NCBI GenBank assembly: GCA_030704615.1
Contig: CM060732.1
Coordinates: forward strand, 78,058,001 to 78,122,000
Length of the DNA stretch: 64,000 nt
DNA from: Takakia lepidozioides
Lineage: Eukaryota; Plantae; Bryophyta
Direction of reading: 5' to 3'
Shown here: piece by piece, positions 23,876 to 37,609 of the stretch
Layout: each line of letters opens with the position of its first letter
Numbering within the stretch: position 1 is the stretch's first letter
Made by a program: the position numbers and the translations under genes
The notes under the pieces: model-generated
The model's database searches: none
What the model was told of the DNA's origin: nothing
Seen by the model: only the letters and a program-made list of their open reading frames with translations

Positions 23876-24456
23876 GCTCACTGAGCTCCTACATGGCAGG
23901 CAGCGATCCACACATTGTTTTCAGCAAACATGTGGCGATCGAGTGTTATCAACATAACGTTCAAAAGCTACGCATTTGGCTTCAACAGACTGTTCAGCGG
24001 CCATTGCTGCAAGTCTTTGTGTCTGAGAAACACTCTCCAGTCTTGTCATAATTTATAGCGAGTATGCAAATGTGGGACTCCAGAGATGAAGATATGTAAG
24101 TATGTTAGCGTTGATTGCAGTTTATCTTTTGATCGTGGGATCATGAAGATCGTGACAGTTCATGTGCTTAGGATCCGTACTGTTGTGTGTTGGGTAGCCA
24201 AATGGGTTTTTCTGACCGAGCAGATTAATATAGTGTTCGTGGCCGTTGCTTGGCCTTACAAAGTAGACGTGGTGCTCCCTTTCACAGCACTTCCCCTCCT
24301 GCTCACTTGAGCTGATCCTACATGGCAGGCAGCGATCCAGACAGTGTTTTCAGCGAAAATGTGGCGACCGAGTGCTCGTAGATCAACATACGTTCACAAC
24401 TACACATAATTTGGTTTCAACAGACTGGGCTTGAGCGGCCATTGCAGCAAATCTTT
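23876..24456. repeat. Pair of ~145-155 bp diverged direct repeats (23876-24018 and 24301-24456)
   Basis: Shared cctacatggcaggcagcgatcca..tgttttcagc..atgtggcga..ttcaacagactg..agcggccattgc. Confidence 0.8.
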
Positions 24457-25249
24457 CAATCCCAACACTTTGACACGTTTTCATTTCGAAATGGTTATTC
24501 CGCCAATGGCTACAAACATTGTACAAGTGAACACATCACTTAAATCATAGATATATGGAGATATGTCCCCGCTTACAAATCGTGATGTGCAGAAAGTTGA
24601 GGCTACGGCTACATACGCAAGGGTGGATTACTAGAAGATTTCGAAAACAACAGCACTGTAGGTTTTTTTGCCATTGCAGAAGAAATGGAGGAGGGGACGG
24701 AGTTGTATTCGCTGTACGGTAGTGCGGAATGAAAAATCAGTGGGTTCCATCACATATCTTTCCCAGAGGCACCAGGGTGTTCATCTAATCCATCCACCAG
24801 ACTCGGCCGGGAAACAGCTTGCAACCCCATTGAATAGATCTTATAAGGTGCATGGTGAGTCATAAGTTATTCAGTATCTTTCTGTTGCTGTTCATCAAAC
24901 AGTTGCCTATCTCCGAGGATATCTCGCAAAGAGCATGAAGTCGCATACAAAATAGGATTTAATTGGCTTAAGGATATAAAAACTGTGTTGGACATCAATT
25001 TTTTTCTCCCAATATGGAAACATCCGGGAATGACTGCCAACCAAGAGGAGAAAATAATCTCTCCCCAATGAGGGGTCTCCGCACAAAGCTCATGGGACAT
25101 TGCCCAAGGGAAGGGAGCAGATTCGGAGATTACCGTATACCACATCCACCAGCATAGTAGGAGTCGGAAAACCAAAAGTTGAAAAAATATGAATGCGTCG
25201 TCAAAACAAGCATAACTTATTGTGTCACTTGAGGGAACTACATTCTTCT

Positions 25250-25358
25250 GGTGGGAAGGTGGACATGGGGGCTACTTCTGGTGGACCTTTGTACCATCCA
25301 ACATGTAGTTTGAACCCACAAGTAGTAAGGCGACTTGGTGCTCTTTACCACCGGGCTA
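25250..25358 (-). mobile_element. Second tRNA-derived SINE family, copy 1 (other copies ~33100-33191 minus and ~19050-19097 plus)
   Basis: Minus strand tagcccggtggtaa (A box) ... gggttcaaac (B box) ..catgttggatg..aaaggt..ccaccttcccac, shared among the three loci. Confidence 0.65.
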
Positions 25359-25909
25359 CTAATAACTGGTGGAAATTCTGAGAGTGCAGAGAAGGGGTTT
25401 TGGTTTATGGGTCCTCCAATCTTACCAGCTCTCACTGCCTTCTGATTATGTTATGATTGTTGGTAGATGCTGCCAAACCTAAGACTTGTTGAATCCAGGG
25501 TGAAACTGCATGAAGCAATCTCCGTCCCCATCAAAATTCTCACAAACAGGAGTAAAGATATGTTGAGTTAAAACATGTGTCCCAGTATGAAACATTTGCT
25601 GATTGTTCAGGTCACATTTACACTTTACAAAATAGGACCCATTCAAGTTTTGCAAGGAAGGAGTTTAACTATGCTGCTACTGAGAATTCTAAGCTGCTTG
25701 CTGAAACCCTGCGCCTGTGCTGCTGCAAACTGACAAGCTCTGATGCAAGTGACCTGCCTTTACAGATGCTAACTTCCAAATCCAGATGAAGCAAGCTCGA
25801 GTGTGCGATACCAGCCTGGCAGTATGAACTCGGAAGGATAGTTGTGAGGTCTCAATCAGTCACACCTTGGCCACTCAGAGAGGTGCACCACCATCTTCTC
25901 GAGAGGTTT

Positions 25910-27452
25910 CTAGGTCTGAACAGGGGGACCAATAGGCTCATAACCACTCTGCTGGCCCCGTGCATAGTAGCCAAAAGGCCACCAGCTCAAAGTTCTTCCT
26001 GAGTTTCCAAGTGACCTTGCAGCTCGGACACAAGATGTAGTGCTCCAGAGACAGTAGATTATTGCTCCTATGACCAGCAGACATGTGAACACAATAAGGA
26101 TCCACTTGATAACCTTCCACACGGTACTGGACTTCTTGTCTGTAACAAACCAACCCACTCTTGCTGATTAGCCATTTTGTCAGAAAAAAGCTACCGCACT
26201 AGAAGTTATGATGGATAATTTTCACCCACCATGCCACTCACCAGGACAAACCAGATAACAGAGAAAACTTTTAGACAACAGAGCAAATCCATCAATCAGC
26301 CCATCACCAAATGTACCTATAAGGTACATCCCACATAATCTGCAAAAGCTCATTGAGAATAAACAACAGATCTTACTTCTGTACACATGGATGTAGTATG
26401 TGGAGGGTCGGTGCCCAGGAGCTGATACACTCAATTTGAAGACCACTGTCTCCGCATTTCCACCGACAGCCAGCGGTGGACTTTCTATGCCACTGATCAG
26501 AGACGCTGAATCGAGCTTGATGTCATAGTCCTGTTCCACACAGATCACTTCAATCTTCTTAGATCGATTTGTAAACGATTGGAAAAGTTTGTTGCCACGG
26601 TCAGTCAGCAGCCAATAAAATTTGTGCAAAACTGATGAGATTAGAAACAAACATGTTGATGAAGATGAAGGCATAGAAAGCTATCTACACAAGTACAGAA
26701 CATACACATCATTGGGAAAAAAGCCATGTGCCTCGAAGAATAGTGATCACGTCTGTAGAAAACCGAGGAGCCGCAATGATGTTAAGGCATCGATATGGTG
26801 AACCTTACCTGTATATCTGGTGACAAGTTTGCAGTGATACGGACAGCTGTAACATGCTCCCCAACGGACGTTGTATAATTAAACACATGGGGGTCGAATG
26901 GGGGGTCCAGCTTGCTCTGATGCCTGTCTGCATCAGCGACCTCCAGATTGCTCAATGTGACAAGAGGAGGTGGTCCAAGAGGAGGAGAGGGAGGTGGGGG
27001 TGGAGGAGAGGGAGGGGGGGGCTTGGGGGAGGAGGGGAATGATGTGGGGGAGGGGGAGATGGCGGAGGCGGAGAGGGAGACGGAGGTGGGGGTGAGCGAT
27101 GGCGTGGAGAAGGAGGCGACGGAGAAGGAGGTGGAGGAGAAGGGGGAGGTGGAGATCGATAGTGTGGAGAGGGGGGTGGCGGAGGGGGTGGATCGAATAG
27201 GGGTTCAAAATCTGAGGGCAATCTCAGATTATCCTGAACATTATCTGAGATGAGGTCGATAAAATTCTCTGCAATCCCATCCAAACGCAGCAAGGGGTTT
27301 ATCTTCCCACCATAGTCGGCTCCTCTTCCCCTAACCCGTGTTCTCGAATCAAGCTCCTTCCACTCGGGTTCTTCCAGGCTATGTTGGTCGGAGAAAGATG
27401 GAAGAATGAGGAGAGTGAGAACAACGAGGAAGAATGCACGCTCACCCGACAT
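25910..27452 (-). CDS. Type I membrane protein: signal peptide, extensin-like SP4-5 region, cadherin-like beta-sandwich domain, TM helix, short tail; 1-nt frameshift in the G8 run at 27014-27021
   Basis: Exon 1 27452-26810 (MSGERAFFLVVLTLLILPSFS...SPPPP repeats...VTLSNLEV..KLDPPFDPHVFNYTTSVGEHVTAVRITA). Exon 2 ~26530-26377 (DYDIKL..AETVVFKLSVSAPGHRPSTYYIHVYR). Exon 3 ~26139-25910 (TM WILIVFTCLLVIGAIIYCLW). Splice phases are consistent; adding one C restores the frame. Confidence 0.8.
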
Positions 27453-29817
27453 CTTGTTATCTAACGACAAGAACTACAGCAATACAAATCACAAACTAAC
27501 TCTATGCTGAAACACACACAACCAATGAAGAGGGAATGCACCCTTTCATGCTATCTCCTCGTCTAATGGGTAGTTCTAGCACCCACTAGAATTTATACAA
27601 GCTCAGCACAGGTTGTCTCAGATCCAACAACAATGACGACGGATCCTACACGAGAATGGAGACAAATCGAGCTGTTCCTGGTCCAAAGGCGGCTATGTCA
27701 GACCCTAATAGACGGAAGTAGACAGCTGAGAACCTCATCTCCCCCAGGATATCCTCTGCATCAGAAACAGACGGGCACAGATACTGGATTCAAATCCTAT
27801 AAACTAGAAGAGATCGATCAGTGAGCAAAGGAAACTAAATCGCTCAGTCAGAAACTCTCCCACACACACCCAGACAGACTGCAGTCTGCAGGCACACTGC
27901 CTCTTGACAAGTGCACATCCAGGGCTGCGGTGGACATGCCCTGCTGACAAGTGTTGCACATCCAGGCCTGCCAAGTGCCCCCCTTCATGAAATGGATGTG
28001 AAGCAGCCACATGATCAGTTGATAAGTAGACTGCCGTTTGTGGAATCTTCCACACATCCCCTCAGTATCAACTGGGAATATTAAAGTTCAGCCTCCAACA
28101 ACTCTGACAAGTTAGTTTCATTCACAGTCTATGCAATCACTTGGAGAAGGGATGTGCCTTCTCGTTGTGCCTTTTCTCTTTCGAGCACAGATTGAATTGG
28201 ATTTCCCTCCAATCTCTTCACGCTTACACTGTAGCAGCCATTACCACGTGCTTGGAAGGATAGAGGAAAAGTCCAACCTCAACTTTCCATGCAGAAACTC
28301 CCCAGGGTTTCCCCTCAGTAAAACGTTCACTAGAAACTTTTACAAAGGATCTTTATCTATGCCTCTCTCTCTCCTGACTGCTGCAGTCAGTGAAACAGGA
28401 GGTCCTTTCAGAATTTGTGGCATGGGAGGAAATTCACAGATTAAGGTGCAAGGTGATAAGTCTCATGAGAGGACTTGGTCCCCTCACGTATGCTATGGCA
28501 CAGACAAACTCAGAGCTTCAAGCAGATCTCATTCTTCATCAAGGCACGACAATTTGAAATGTCAAAGGTTGCAAAACAGAACCTAAAAGCATCCATACTC
28601 CTTACTGCTCAGTTCTCCAGACTAGAGGCTGGTAGACTGGTTCCAAGCATGAATTTAGCTACGTAATTACAACACGAAGTTCAACAAAGTTCAACAATCA
28701 CCCACTCATTGCCCGGGACTAGAAGAGCCATAGAAGACAGCAGAAATTTTCTTTTGGGGGCTACATATTAACCCAGTAAATCCACTGCCTTAGCATTTTC
28801 ATATCACCACCCTCCCACACGAATCATTGTTTCAGTGTAAACAATGGCCATCAAGCTGGTAATCAATCCGGTATACATCTTGGCAATTGTTAGCTGGCCC
28901 ACATGTGTACTAAAAGTGAACATGAAACCATGGACTCAACTACATTACAAGTAGGACTGAGCCAGTACGACTGAGGCAAATGCCTTGGGACCACTTTTGA
29001 AGGGATCCAACTCTGCGGTCCCACCCACATCTTTGACACTCGGACACCCCTTTACAATGGTCCTTGCCAAGTCAAACTTCAAATAATCTGCACCTCCTTT
29101 GTGGGTGCCCACAAACTGCAACATACATTAGACTCGGTAGGGATTCCATACTTGTCAATGCTCAAAGCAACCCCATTAAAAATAATCATCCAGGTTTCAA
29201 AGAAACTTGGAAAGTGATAACAAAATTACTTCAAACTATAGTCTATGTGAAAAGACGTGGATCTCAATCCTCCAATCTTGTCTTTTCATATCTAAATTAC
29301 AAACTACATCTAGAATACAAGTAGGCACTTGTGTATATTGTCATACTGATGAACTGGTCAAGACCCATACCAGTGGGAAAATTCAGGGCCCTTCAAGAAA
29401 GGCTACCACCCTTTTGGAGAAGTGAGCTGACTCTGGCAAGCATTTTCTTTCCTCTATCTATCTAATGAATGACCTGGATAATTCTCTAACAGAACCTGAA
29501 TGGGACGCTCTGTGACCTTCAAAACACTAGCTCCTGCTAGATGAAAGATAACCCTTGGAGGTGGAAAAACTTTGCAGCCATTAAGGCCCTTCATCAGTCT
29601 TCCACTCCTTGAACCATATTAAGAGGTTCACCCATTCAGAGAGGGTGGAAATTAGTGTGCCACGGAGACTTTTGACAGGAAGTTTACCATGTCAACAGTT
29701 TCAACAGTGGGCATTGCTACCCATTATGTATGGAAGGAATTTTGGCAGCAAAACCTTTCGCACGAACAATGTGCCCATGCCTCAGTCAAAGAAAGATGCC
29801 AAGGGACCTTGAGTGAA

Positions 29818-32800
29818 TTATTCTTCATCCGAGTCACCAAAAGTGATCTTGGTAGCCTTTGGAGCATCCACCCCAAGTTCTCTGAAGTGAGCCCCATACA
29901 ACTTTGACTCCTGCATTCGGTCACAAACAATCTTAGCATGTGATAGAAACAGAATAATGTTTTCTCAAAACGAATCTCTTTGACTATTCGCTGCATAGAT
30001 TGCCTGCTCTGCAGAAACTATGTAAAGCAACTGTAGTCTGCAAACTTATAATGAGCATGGCCATAACAGACCACCAATAGCAGTGAGGGGAGTATAGCAC
30101 ACACCTTTTTCTTAACATGGGTGCCAAACTTCAGAAGCTCATCAGGCACTGTTTGGCCAGCCTCTCTAAGGACATTCACCAGCTCTCCTGCTCTTGCCTG
30201 GCATGCCAAACTTTCACGAGTCAAATTGAGGATTTGACGCTGATTTAGCCAATCACTTGTCAGCTACGAAGATTACAAAATCACACTTAATCATGTTGAC
30301 TGCTTAAAACACACAACTGTTCAGCCACCAAAAATACAACTAAAACATCACAATTTGCAGTTGAGACTCCAACTATCAAGAAAAAGCTGTTGTACATACA
30401 GATTCCATTCGACAATGAAGACAGTGTGAGTGTCCTTTAAAGTCCTTTAAAGTCCTCTAAAGTCTACAAGGACATAGGCTAGGTAGATGTAACATTGTAG
30501 CCCTGGCTGAACGCAGGCAAAGACTAATTGAGCTCATATGTACCCGGTCAGCTTGTGTGAAGAAAGTGTGTGCAATGCCCTTTCTCCCAGCTCTGCCTGT
30601 TCGGCCAATTCGGTGTACATAGTCTTCAGTGGTGAGTGGAAAGCTATAATTGATGACATACTCAACATCTGGGATATCAAGGCCTCTCGCTGCCACATCT
30701 GTAGCAATCTACACATCCAAACATTATAAAACATTCAATTATCATTCTCTAATCGGAGTTGTCAGCTGCCATCTTTGGAAAGAAAATGGGAGAACAAAGA
30801 TGAGAGCTAACCAAAAGAGGACGACTGCCATCTTTAAAGGAGTTGACTGCCTTGGTGCGGTCAGCTTGGCCTTTATCCCCATGCACTGCTGCAACTTTCC
30901 ACCCTCTGCTATTGCAAGCCCCCTATCAGAATTAAAATTCCCATATACATTTATCAGTGCAGCCATGTTTCTCAACGGTAAAGTATTACAACTACTACCA
31001 ACAATTCACCACATGGTTGATAAAAGCCCTGAAAGAGTCATTCGTACCTTCTTTGTAATAAGCTCTCTACGCGGGCCGCCTCTTTCTTATACAACACAAA
31101 CACCAGAACGCGATTCCTGGAGACATGGAGTTTTGACCATAAAATTCAGTTTGGAATAGAGCCATGCAGACCACAGAGGCTCATTAAATTCTTGACCAAT
31201 CGGATGAAAAGCTGGACTTAGGAATTGAAGCCATACTGTACATTATAACACTCAGGTTGCAAACACCCTTGAAAAGGAGACTCACGTGCGTGATTTGTGA
31301 TACTTTTGAAGGAGAGAATCCAGCCGTGAGTCTCGTGCTCTGTCCTCCAACACCTGCAGGTTCCGGGGGATCCTCCTGTTGTGTCAATCATTTTTGGCAC
31401 CATTTCAAACAGTTAACCCAGTCATCTTAGAACTTCCTCACTGTAAAGACATCCCAGTATTTCCTGTATGCTTTGGGACCCCCTTGTTTAACAGTTTAAA
31501 CAATTTCTGATCCCCTACTGAACATCTCTTCTCTCCCATCTCCTCTCTTCCACATACTTGACAAACAAAAGTATGAACACTCCATGGCTTCCATACCTCC
31601 ACAATCTGAGTGACATCATGATTGGCTGCCAGATCCTCTGACCCCACCATCACCTGCATGACCACAAACAGCCAGTAACTTCAGGGTAAACTAACCTCCA
31701 GGTCAAATGTACAAGACTTATTGGTGCCAGTTGTGAAGAGAGAGAGAGAGAGCACCTTCACCGGACTGGAATCATTCATGAACTCTCTGGCCAATTGATC
31801 AACTGCAAGCGGCCAGGTTGCACTAAACATCACTGTCTGCCTGGCTGCGCCACCATAAACCACAAGGGATGCAAGTTAAGGACAAAACACCCCGACGAAA
31901 TGGAAGGGCATATTAAGAGTATGCCATCACAGGCAGAAAACTACTACAGCATGATGCAATGCAACCCACTGCCAAGTATCACTTATGATGCACGTAGGTC
32001 CACATACAAAGGTGTGCCAAAATCGGTTGGCAGCTATATAAGTTGGTTCTACATTGGGGGCAAAGTGGAGGCTAGGGCAGCAGAGGTGGTATCACCATTC
32101 AGATTTCCAGTAGGATGCCTATAGTAGTCCATACATGACACAATCCTGTGCATGAACAGCATCGCTATTTTGAGCTGAGTTTGAATACCCTGGTGGTTTG
32201 AAACCCTCAAAGGCTCTGGGTTGATATCCCATGGAGTGCCTTCAAATTTGAAGTGCAAGGGAACTGTCAATGAGTAGCTCTCTCTCTCTCTCTCGACATC
32301 CCATGGTCACAATAAAAATCCCTTTGTTCTCTTATTGTGTCTTGCTGTATCTTTCCACAACCCTCTCGAGAACCTTGGGCATCTTCTGAATCGGTCCTCA
32401 GCCTGCAGATTCGGATGGGGCCTGAATAAGACATCTCCAGGGCAATCATCCTCTTGTCTGTAACACAGAAAGTACTATTTCTTTCTGTCCTGTCCCACAT
32501 ACTATGTGATATGAATAATGTTGTCTCATGGAGACTCCTTGTCTTTGGTGGAGGCCTTCAGCTATGATGAACAAGAGTGAGTGTATGGAAGCTTAGCTGA
32601 ATGAGGCACTTTGTCTTTGCGTAATGATTGAGTATTTGGATGTGGGTGTCTTGTTGCTCTACTTTGTCTGATGAGCCCTTGGGTCCCTTTGGACATCACA
32701 AGTTTTTTCCTCACCTCTTTTACACGCACACACACTCCATTCCTTTCCAACCTTCTCTCAAGGACAAAACATACTTTTGGAAGTTCGGCTAACAATTGCA

Positions 32801-35278
32801 CGTATGGCAGGCTCGAATCCAAGGTCGAGCATGCGATCTGCCTCATCCAGCACCTGACACCACTCAAAAGAGAAATGTCAGTATTGCTTCCTCCTCATAC
32901 AACTCTGCTATCGACACTTTGAGGGCACAAGATTCTGGTAATTGTGCTACCACTTAAAATATACATCATCATGCAGAAGAACTGATCCACCTTTATTAGG
33001 CATACCGACTGCCTCAGGATTCTTTGCATATTTAGCTTGTTAAAAAGAAATGTGAACGCGTTGCCGAAGCAAGCGTAACTCATGGTCTCACTTGACCTGG
33101 AAGTGGGAAGGCGGACACCTTTATGACATCCAACATGTGGTTTGAAACCACAACCACTAGTGAGGCGGCTTGTGCCCTTACCACTGGGCTAAATGTTCGT
33201 TGTCTGTAACTTGTTACATATGGAGCACCTTCCAACGGAATATGATACAAGGCTGCTGTGAATAAGGATTTACTAAATCCACATGCTATGGGATAGTGAA
33301 GCCACCCTAATTACACATTAGTGTCTCTCTCCCTCTCCCAACCCTGTGCAGTTCAGAGTTATCAGCATTACACCAAGCTATGAATGATAATACGAAACAG
33401 CATACGTTGTTCTGTAGTCTCAGTACCATATCAGGTACATCGTAATCTTCTACCACTATGCTACTCCTATCACTCACTGCCACTGAATAGTATACTTGTG
33501 ACCGAACCAACTAGAAAAGATGGAATTCAGGCTCTTCCCAAAGAGAAACAAGGAGTCCTTACCACTCAGTGAGATACTGGTCTTCAAGACAAACTGAAGT
33601 ACAAAAAACAACCTTGAGAATGAGACTATGGACTTCCAAGAAACAAGTGTCACCCAACTAAAATGGAACATTTTAGTGGGCAACTGGGCCACAAGGTGAT
33701 AAATCTTCATTGCAAACCTCTTTCTGGATTCCAGCAGAATTTCCCTATCGCCATCTGACTTGATGGCATCAATGTGGAACCCACATGGTCCAAGAATAAC
33801 ACAAACATACAGAGAGGGATGCTGATTACCAAGAAAGACACAAGGTCCAGAGAGCAAACACCCTCCTCCATGAGATCTTGGAGCCGTCCAGGTGTTGCAA
33901 TAACAATCATCTGTCGCCATAAAAACTGAGGTTAGCAGATTACCTCTGGCAATACTATTTAAGCACATCCCATCCAGGCTAAATAAAGGGAGCCCATCCC
34001 AAGCATGAATGCTCGTTCGATCAATGTTTAACTCCCTTCACACACTAGCCAGCCCCGGCCTGAACACCTCAAGAAGCAACAAGTCTTTACCTCTTTACAA
34101 ACCTGTGTTCCGTGTAACTCACTTTCTATTGAAAATTCATGAATGTTTCCCTGGGAAGGTATTGTGAAACCAAACATGACTTTGAATTATTATGGATCAG
34201 CCATCCCTGGCCACCAACTAAAACAACTGCATCAATGCAGGGAGGCATACCTACCGCACCAGACTTGAGAGCACTTCTCTGTGGGCCTTTTGATGTGCCC
34301 CCATACACGCAAGCTGTTTTCACCCCACAACTACTGCCTGCCTCCTCCAGCACCTCTGCAATCTGCCAGCAAACCCTGTGCTTCAGTCTTCAACCACTAA
34401 ATGTCCCTCAACCCAAGGCCTCAAAAGTATACCTACAAGAGTATGGTACATATGTCCGCAGCAAAGAACAGCACTACATGTGTAGAGGTTGACAAAAAAA
34501 TTCTGACCCTAACTCTTAGGCTAAAACTCATTACTGAGACAGCCCTATGTTCTTCTTACATAAAAAATACTTGAACACCACAGGACCAGGGAGGTGGGAG
34601 AGGAGCCCCTCTACTGAGAAACGTTCAAGACCCAATATATGCTCAAACGAAAGAGTGCATTTGATCCTTGCAGCTACCTGCTGAGCAAGCTCACGAGTTG
34701 GAGAAAGTACAAGACACAGAGGGGAGGCATGTTTCTGGGGGTTCCCTTGTTTATTCAACATTCGCGCCAATGCTGGAATCCCATAAGCAAATGTCTTGCC
34801 TGCATCATATCACAGTAAACATAGCTGCTGTATGATGTACATCCTCACCAAACTCGAGTAGAGACATGGACAAACAGGTGAAGATGCATTCCATGGATCA
34901 CACTCGATGATAAACCACCACTAGTCTGGACGAGAAGGTAGTTCCTTCATTAAAGATGGAAGATTTCCCATGAAAGGGCCTAGTTTTAATACTTCAGAAA
35001 GGAATATGCAGTCCTCAATCACTCGAGAGAATGATATAAAGCCTGCCTGGCGCACTTCAGTAACAATGTCGAAACTGGAAAGCATGACCTTGCATTGTAA
35101 GCTATCCATGCTTTTCCGTGAGGAATTCCGTTTTAGAGAAAAAAGAGAATTTGATAATTGCAAGACCCAGGTCCAGGTAAGGAGGGACACAGTGTATCAG
35201 AATGAAAATACAATAAGTGTAAGACAGGGTGAGGGATACGCCAGCAGCCGAACAGCGCGAATTAGGGTTTTCTGGCAG

Positions 35279-35318
<40 letters not shown>

Positions 35319-35906
35319 ACCAGAGCCAGTCGCAGCAATTCCAATAAGGTCGCGGCCCGCCAACAAAAAGGGCCATGCATGTGCCTGTATTGGAGAGGGT
35401 TTTGCAAATCCTCTACAGCAACGAAGCACACTGGCAGGTACGCCTGCAATATCAAATGACTCTAAGGGCTTGAACTTGGGATCCTCGCTGCCCATCCCCG
35501 AAACACTCACACATAGCTTCTCTGCATCTCCATCCTGTCTCAATGATGTGCTATCATCCACCCCATTTTTCGACGCCTCGGCACCAGAGTACGATCTTTT
35601 ATCCTTTCTCTTCTTCTTGAAGCTCTTCTCATTCTCAGTGGCCCCATCAGACACATTGTTTGAAACCTTTGCAGATTCGTTAGCTTCCTCTACTGTTTCA
35701 TCATCTTTTTGGTGCCTCTTCTTCTTCTTCTTCTTCTTCGATGTTGGATTGGAGGTATCGGGATCCTTGTCTTCAAACTCCCTCTTTGTCTTCTTTGCAA
35801 GCCCATCAGCACGCTCCCTCACTTGACCTGCTTCCTTACTGACGTTCTCTCCCTCGTCCAGCCCGTTTATCCCCGCGACCTCGCCCTTCTTATTTCTGCC
35901 GCCCAT
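29818..35906 (-). CDS. RH5: DEAD-box RNA helicase, RH5/DBP3-like (ribosome biogenesis)
   Basis: Lys-rich N-terminus; Q motif FAKPSPIQ; AATGSGKT; PTRELA; ATPGRL; DEAD exon (~32773-32854); MFSATWP; [14 protein letters not shown]; [12 protein letters not shown]; C-terminus [19 protein letters not shown]-stop. GT-AG introns. Confidence 0.92.
33100..33191 (-). mobile_element. Second SINE family, copy 2 (intronic in the DEAD-box gene)
   Basis: Minus strand tagcccagtggtaagggcac..ggtttcaaaccacatgttggatgtcataaaggtgtccgccttcccac. Confidence 0.6.
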
Positions 35907-37491
35907 TGCTGCTGCTCGCTTTCTCTCCAACCCTCTACACTCTTTCGACTCTTCTCAATTCACTCAACACTTCAGTTACAAAATCAATATCTGCCTCACC
36001 GTCGCTAGCTACTGCCCTTCAAATTTCTAACACACTACTTCCTACAACTACGTTCAAATCCTCACCTTCCATACACATCCTGGTCTGTAATTCCTTTCTC
36101 CCTCATGAGCTATCGGCGCCGCTGGAAGAGTTCCCCTCTTCGTGAACGCGTTCCTCTCTGGGGAACAGGAAAGCCCTAAACCCAGACGTGCAGCGGCCAG
36201 CCCTTCTGAAACGAAACATTGGAGAGGATTCTTAGATTCTTCCTTGCATCCCCCGCTTCACATTAGGGCTTCAAGAAAATTTCCACTACTTATACGTTTC
36301 TCTACACAAGTTTGGAGAGGGTGGAACAACGGTTGCTTGGCATGATTGCCTTTTGATGATCACATGTTATAATCTCGAGAGATGTGGCAGTGGATTTGTA
36401 CATCGATAGGTGGGTCTGCGAGGCAGGCCTGGAATGGCCCAAGGCTCCACTTACAGCTCCAAATCTGTTGGGGAACCATTTTCATGGTGGTACTTATTGA
36501 CTTGGGACAGGAGCTTCCAGTTGCATTCCCTGTCAGGAGTAGCAAATTCTCAGAAGCAGCACAGGGATCATCCAAGGCTTTGTTACTAGGCTTCGTCCCC
36601 TGACACAACAGGGTACTATTTGAGTATGGCCCTGTATATACACCTCTGTTTGATATATATGGAATGTACTCTTATGTTGACATTTGCCGCAGCCTTATGG
36701 CCATTGTTTTGTATATATAACAGCACAAGCCATATCATAGTGCTAGATATGTAGTTACACACACACCACACACGTACAAACCATCTCTCAAAGAATTAGA
36801 TGTGTAGTTCCACACACACAGTTCCAGACACAAGTGTTCTAAGAAGCCCTAGGCCCTAGGTATGTGGTTGTCCATGTATAACCCGAGAAGGGTAGATTTT
36901 CTTTTGCTCTTCCAAAGTGCAATGATACTATTGGTTGATGAGACACTAAGGTAGACCCACCACTGCAAGGTCTTGCGAGGGACTTTTGTTTTCTCCGGAG
37001 GCCAAAATCTCAGTAATCAAAATTGTTTATCCTAAAGAAAAATAATCTGGCATAGTGTCCACTGGCTTAGATCTCAGAGAGTCGGGAGCCTGTGGAACAC
37101 AGGTACCGGTGTGCTCATAGATTCAATTATGTCCTCAAGATAAGAGGGCTATGTAGAGTGCTCTAGCATATCTGTTTTTGCCATGATGCATGGCAAAGCA
37201 CTTTACCTGTATCATCCTTGTGCTCGGTACATGCTGCATCAGACCCAAAAAGTCATCAGAATGGTGAGCTGTAACAAATACAAGTTGAATACAAAGAAGT
37301 GTGTGGAGAATTCCACTACAAACACACAGTAGTTTTGTTAGGGAAGGGGATCTAAGATCCACAGCAGGCAGGGAATACAACCAGCACACATACTGTCATC
37401 ATTCAAATTTGTGCTGCTGTACCTACTTGTGACTACTCTCATTGCATGGTACTCTCGGAAGGAGATCACTCCAATGTGAGAAAGGCCCGGA

Positions 37492-37575
37492 GCATGCCTC
37501 CACAGCAGAATTTGAGTTTCCAAATACAATACACCGATTTGGAATAAAATTGAGTCGCTCAGCTGCATAAAGATA
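37492..37575 (-). pseudogene. Isolated fragment of a HAD-superfamily phosphatase (PYRP2/At4g11570-At3g10970-like)
   Basis: YLYAAERLNFIPNRCIVFGNSNSAVEA matches the FxYAAxxLxFIPERCIVFGNSN motif of this plant HAD subfamily. It lies just 3' of the HD gene stop. Confidence 0.7.
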
Positions 37576-37609
37576 GGTTACTTTACATGGGTGAAAGGGA
37601 TTCTGGAGG

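Noticed and set aside
27600-29800. Short ORFs between the membrane-protein gene and the DEAD-box gene
   Set aside because: No motifs or coding bias; likely UTR or intergenic sequence.
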